From a bacterium (lineage in GTDB: Bacteria; UBA8248; JACPRG01; G963555815), in the NCBI GenBank assembly GCA_965261595.1, contig CBDHDG010000006.1, positions 416,001-480,000 of the forward strand: a stretch of DNA of 64,000 nt, in the 5' to 3' direction. The notes below the pieces were generated by a model, which worked only from the letters and a program-made list of their open reading frames with translations, searched no databases and was not told the DNA's origin. Within the stretch, counting starts at the first letter, position 1. Every line of letters starts with the position of its first letter. The position numbers and the translations under genes are program-made. Below are positions 59,640-64,000 of the stretch, in pieces.

Positions 59640-60536
59640 ATGGCCGGTAAGGGCAAGGAAACCCAGGTTTACGTCAACGGAAAGTTTTACCCCGAAAGCC
59701 AAGCCTCGGTTTCGGTTTTCGACCATGGCCTTCTATACGGGGACGGCATTTACGACACCCTTTGCTCGTGGAACCATTCCATCTTCCGGCTGCGGGAGCA
59801 CATCGACCGTCTCTACCGCTCGGCCCACGCGGTCATGCTCAAGATCCCCCTGTCCAAGAAGAAGCTCTCGGAGACCATCGTCGAGACGGTCCGCCGATCG
59901 GGATTCCGAAACGCCTACGTCAAGTGCCTCGTCACCCGGGGCGTGGGGCCTCAGCCGCTCTTGGATCCCCGCGGATGCAAGCCGACGCTGATCATCTTCT
60001 GTCGGCCCTATATGTGGCTGACCGGGAGCAACAAGGGCGTCGGGGTCCGGTGCAAGATTACACAGACCCGGCAGATTCCCAACGACGCCCTGAGCCGGCA
60101 GGTGAAAAACCTGAACTATCTCAATTTCGTCCTGGCGAAGATTGAAGCCATCGAGACGGGATTCGACAACGCCCTGTTGCCCAACCTGGCCGGCGAGGTG
60201 CTCGAGGGGCCGGGGCTCAATCTCTTCCTGGTGAAAGATCGCGTCCTGGTGACGCCGCCCTCGGGAGAAATTCTCGAGGGGATCACCCGGACGGTCATCT
60301 TCGATATGGCGGCGGAGCTGGGCATCCCGGTCCGGGAGGAGAGCCTCAGCCCTTACGACTGCTACACGGCCGACGAAGCCTTCTTCTGCAGCACGGCGGG
60401 GGGGGTCGTCCCCATCACCAATATCGATGGGCGGAAGATCGGGTCCGGGAAAATGGGCCGCGTCTCCAAAACTTTGGAGGAGACCTACTTCAAGTGGCTG
60501 GAGTCCGGGCGCGACGGCACGCCGGTGAAAGCGTAA
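59640..60536 (+). CDS. PLP fold-type IV aminotransferase (IlvE-like)
   Basis: SVFDHGLLYGDG, H..RL..SA, VTRG, KNLNY, EG.G.N.F, L.GITR, ADE.F...TAGG. Confidence 0.9.
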   Translation: MAGKGKETQVYVNGKFYPESQASVSVFDHGLLYGDGIYDTLCSWNHSIFRLREHIDRLYRSAHAVMLKIPLSKKKLSETIVETVRRSGFRNAYVKCLVTRGVGPQPLLDPRGCKPTLIIFCRPYMWLTGSNKGVGVRCKITQTRQIPNDALSRQVKNLNYLNFVLAKIEAIETGFDNALLPNLAGEVLEGPGLNLFLVKDRVLVTPPSGEILEGITRTVIFDMAAELGIPVREESLSPYDCYTADEAFFCSTAGGVVPITNIDGRKIGSGKMGRVSKTLEETYFKWLESGRDGTPVKA

Positions 60537-60595
60537 TCCGCATTCGTCACTCCCTCCGTTTTTGGGGGGGGATCCGGGTCCAACCGCGATCCGGG

Positions 60596-61678
60596 TCAAC
60601 CGCGTCCGAAGAGGTCGAGCTGGGAGCCGGCGGGCCGTCTGAACGCCCCCGTCGAAAGGCTCGGCTTGCCGCCCGACAACCCGGCCTTCCGGCGGGCCAC
60701 GGAGAAAAGGCTCTCAATCTGTTCGGCAAAAACGCCCTCCCCTTTCATCCTGGATCTGAAGCGCGGGTCGTTCAGCCGGCCGCCCCGCATGGCGCGCACC
60801 CGGTTCAGCACCTTGTCCTTCCGATCGGGGAAATGACGGCTCAGCCAATCCTCGAACAGGGATGAAACGCCGTAGGGCAGCCGGAGGAGGGTGTAGCCCG
60901 CAAACCGCGCGCCGGCCCTGGCGGCCGCCGAGAGGATCGACGGAAGCGCGTGGTCGGTCAGCCCCGGAATGACGGGCGCCACGAGAACGCCCGCCGGAAC
61001 CCCCGCCGCGGCCAGGGTCTCAATCGCTTCCAGCCGCCTTTGGGGGAGGGACGCCCGCGGCTCGAGATTTCGGCTGAGGCGGGCATCCAGCGTCGTGACG
61101 GACAGGCAGACGGCCACCGCGTCGCTCCGGGCCAGGTCGGCCAAAAGCTCTACATCGCGCGTCACGAGACGGTTTTTCGTGATGATGACAACGGGGTTCC
61201 GGAACTCCAGAAAGACTTCGAGGCATCCCCGCGTGATTCCCAGGCACCGCTCGGCCGGCTGGTAGGGGTCGGTCGCTCCGCACATCGCGACGACCCGGGG
61301 GCGCCACCCGGGAGAGGACAAGGCCTTCCGCAACAGGGCCGGCGCCTTCTCTTTGACCAGGATCTTCGTCTCGAAATCGAGGCCCGCTGAAAATCCCAGA
61401 TATTCGTGAGTCGGCCGGGCGTAACAATACACGCAGCCGTGCTCACATCCCCGGTACGGATTGACGCCGGCGTCGAAGCCGATGTCCGGACTGTCGTTGC
61501 GGGAGATAATGGAGCGCGAGGGGTCTTTCAGATAGACCGTTTCGGGCGCGTGGGCGTCGGCCGAGCAGTCATCCGGATCGAGGAATTCATCGTCCCGGAC
61601 GTACTCGATCCTTTCGAAGCGGGTCCCGGGATTCCCGGCGGCGCCGCGGCCGCGTATCGACTGGGGGCTTCCCTGCAT
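60596..61678 (-). CDS. PA0069/Rv2578c-family radical SAM protein (spore photoproduct lyase-like)
   Basis: N.SPD..FD...NPYRGCEHGCVYCYARP.H, TDPYQP.E, LEPR, AP.IPGL.D. Confidence 0.93.
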   Translation of the reverse strand: MQGSPQSIRGRGAAGNPGTRFERIEYVRDDEFLDPDDCSADAHAPETVYLKDPSRSIISRNDSPDIGFDAGVNPYRGCEHGCVYCYARPTHEYLGFSAGLDFETKILVKEKAPALLRKALSSPGWRPRVVAMCGATDPYQPAERCLGITRGCLEVFLEFRNPVVIITKNRLVTRDVELLADLARSDAVAVCLSVTTLDARLSRNLEPRASLPQRRLEAIETLAAAGVPAGVLVAPVIPGLTDHALPSILSAAARAGARFAGYTLLRLPYGVSSLFEDWLSRHFPDRKDKVLNRVRAMRGGRLNDPRFRSRMKGEGVFAEQIESLFSVARRKAGLSGGKPSLSTGAFRRPAGSQLDLFGRG

Positions 61679-61995
61679 CCCAAACTCCCGAGAGGCCGGC
61701 GAAAGAGATATTTCGTCTTATTTTCGTCTTCTTCGGCCAATCTGTCAAGACAGATTCGCCCGGAACAACGCCTCATCGACAGGCCGCCCCGCTCACCCCA
61801 AGCCGGATCATCATGGCCGGCGAGTCCGCGCGGCGCTTCGGCATCTCTCAGAAATCCATGTATGATGACTTCCGCTTGACTGTATTTTCCGATGAACCAC
61901 CTCTCCACGGATTGGGTGCGCGCAGCTTGCGGAATCACAATACGGCCATCAGCGACCCGGCGGTTCGGGCCGAAACGACGCCCCGGACGAAGTCG

Positions 61996-63184
61996 GTGAA
62001 TTATCCGCAGCTTTATTTGCTGGCCTCCAGCCACTTTATGCTGGACGCCTACAGCGGATCTTTGTCCCCCATTTTGCCTTTGCTGATCGCCAAGTTCGGA
62101 CTTTCCCTGACCCTGGCCGCCCTTCTCCTTTCGGCGTACCAGTTGGTCGCATCGCTGGGACAGGCCTTGTTCGGCTTCCTGACGGATCGATTCCCCCGAT
62201 TCAACTACAGCGTATGGAGCCTGGTCATCACCGGGACCTTCATCAGCGCGATGGGCTGGGTCCCCGTGTATTCCATGATTCTGGTCCTGCTGATCCTGGC
62301 GGGGCTCTCGACCGCCTCTTATCATCCCCAGGCGGCCGCGATGTCCGGCGAGGCGTCCAAAGAGTCCCGGGCCTTTGGAATGGCCGTCTTCATGACGGCG
62401 GGAAGGTTGGGCTATGCCGTCGGACCGCTCATCGCGGTGCCGATCGCCGTAACCTTCGACCACAAGGTTCTCATCCTGGCGGCCCTGCCGGCCCTGATCC
62501 TCGCGGCGGTCCTCCACCGTCACCGGACCCCGGTCGGGCGGGGGGCGCCCTGGCCCGGGCGGGCGGGGGGCGCCCTGGCCCGGGCGGGCGGAGTTTCTCA
62601 AGCCTTTTGTGGAAAACTCCCGTCCGCTGGTTCTCCTTTGGTTGTTCGAGGCCTTTCGGACAGGCATCATGACGGGCCTCAGCGCCTTTCTGCCGTTGAT
62701 GCTGATCGAGAAGGGGTATTCACTGGTGGCGGCCGGCGCCTCGGTGTCCTTGTTCATCGGCGCCGGGGCGGTGGGAAACCTGATCGGCGGCCGTCTCGCG
62801 GACCGCATCGGGCGGAAGCGGATACTCGTGTTCTCGGGCCTCGGCGCGATTCCTTTCGCGTACGGGTTCCTGTGGACCGAGGGGGCGCTTTTATGGGTCT
62901 GCCTCGCCCTGTTGGGGGCGGTGCTCCTTTCCTCCCTGGGTGTAACGCTGGCCAAGGGACAAGAGCTGGTGCCCGCGAGCTCGGGAACGGTCTCCAGCCT
63001 CATCATGGGGCTCACCTGGACGCTGGGGAGCCTCGGGATCCTGTTCATCGGCGCCGTGGGGGACTGGGCGGATCTTCCTACGGCGATCGCCATTTTGTTC
63101 CTCTTGCAAATCCCCGCGGGGATTTGCGCCTGGCTTCTTCCTCCGGACCGGGAACATTCGGCCGAACGGGAAGCCGCCGGGTAG
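61996..63184 (+). CDS. MFS transporter (Fsr-like), frameshifted by a 25-bp tandem duplication
   Basis: HF..D.Y, Q..FG.L.DR, YHP, G..G.A.GP and GG.LADRIGRK in two frames; removing one repeat unit restores a single frame. Confidence 0.85.
62540..62589. repeat. 25-bp tandem duplication GGGGGGCGCCCTGGCCCGGGCGGGC x2
   Basis: Directly visible at 62540-62564 and 62565-62589. Confidence 0.9.
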
Positions 63185-63278
63185 GATCGGGCGTTCAGTC
63201 TTTCGCGGGGCGTTTCAGGGCGTCCCGGCGGGTGGCCGGGGCCCGGCGGATTCCGCTGAACATTCAGGAGGCATCGTC

Positions 63279-63674
63279 ATGGAAAAAACCATTCTGCAAC
63301 CCAAGACCCTTCACAAGCCTTTCAGCGCGTACTCCCACGGGATCGCCGTGGACGGGGCGAAGCGCGTCATCTTCTGCGCGGGCCAGGTGGCCGGCGACGC
63401 GGAAGGGAACATCGTCGGGGAGGGGGATTTCGACACCCAGGGCGAACAGGTCATGTCCAACCTCCGGGACGTTCTGGCCGAGGCCGGGGCGGCCTTCGCG
63501 GACGTGGTGAAGCTGACGACGTACATCGTCCGGAAAGAAGACACCCAGAAGGCCCGGGACCTGGTGGGCAGACACTTCAGTGAATATCCGCCGGCCAACA
63601 CGCTGTGCGTCCTTCAGGGACTGGCGACCCCGGCTTATCTGGTGGAAATCGAGGCGATCGCGGTTCTGGCGTGA
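63279..63674 (+). CDS. RidA/YjgF/UK114 family protein
   Basis: YSHG, F.AGQ, GD...Q, DVVK, PA.T...V..L......VEIEA.A; RBS AGGAGG. Confidence 0.92.
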   Translation: MEKTILQPKTLHKPFSAYSHGIAVDGAKRVIFCAGQVAGDAEGNIVGEGDFDTQGEQVMSNLRDVLAEAGAAFADVVKLTTYIVRKEDTQKARDLVGRHFSEYPPANTLCVLQGLATPAYLVEIEAIAVLA

Positions 63675-63797
63675 CGGTCGCTTCAAGATTCCGAGTCCAA
63701 TTCGCCGAGGCGTCGAACCCTTTACGTCAGGGGTCCGCTTGAAGGATTCCCTTCTCATCCACCACCGGAGAGGAGTCAGCGATCGTGGCGGGAAAAC

Positions 63798-64000
63798 ATG
63801 AAAAATACATCGTCACCGAACCGAAAATCATCACCGATTACCTCTTTCACGGGAAGCCCAAGGAAGATCCCTTCCGCATCTACATGAGATCGGAGCTGGT
63901 CGCCGAGGCCGAGGCCTTTTGCGACATCTTCTGGAGGACCGGGCTGCCGGACCCGAACCCGACGTGCGAGATCCACCACCACCCCAAACCCCAGCTTCTC
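63798..64000 (+). CDS. Hypothetical protein, 3' partial (possibly cupin-like)
   Basis: Open frame MKKYIVTEPK...EIHHHPKPQLL running off the window end. Confidence 0.5.

Overview
A GC-rich bacterial chromosomal window, probably from an uncultured metagenome or long-read assembly: several frameshifts sit at homopolymers. The gene style suggests a Nitrospinota/Tectomicrobia-like or deltaproteobacterial lineage, which is only a guess. Most of it is catabolic 'scavenger' genes for N-containing or heteroaromatic compounds: two xanthine-dehydrogenase-family Mo enzymes, three UbiD-family (de)carboxylases around an NMT1/THI5-type ABC transporter, amidohydrolases, a nitrilase, a creatininase with an FAD oxidase, RidA proteins and an atypical SdhA-like flavoprotein. 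It also holds a cobalamin riboswitch with truncated btuF and tonB, tRNA-Leu(CAA), kbl, a class IV aminotransferase and a radical SAM protein. Mobile or accessory DNA: two IS3 elements; an integrase-less ~3.6 kb island at the tRNA-Leu 3' end with a coupled three-gene module (TIGR04255-like protein, small protein, ART-like protein) that is the best candidate for an undescribed toxin/antitoxin/chaperone-like defence system; a solitary OLD-like ABC-ATPase/TOPRIM gene; a nested IS1380/IS1595/IS1380 pile-up splitting a secreted-protein gene; an unknown ~700 aa gene bracketed by a partial ridA duplication; and a ~200 bp structured dispersed repeat with a covarying stem. All family assignments come from reading motifs by eye; no database search was run.
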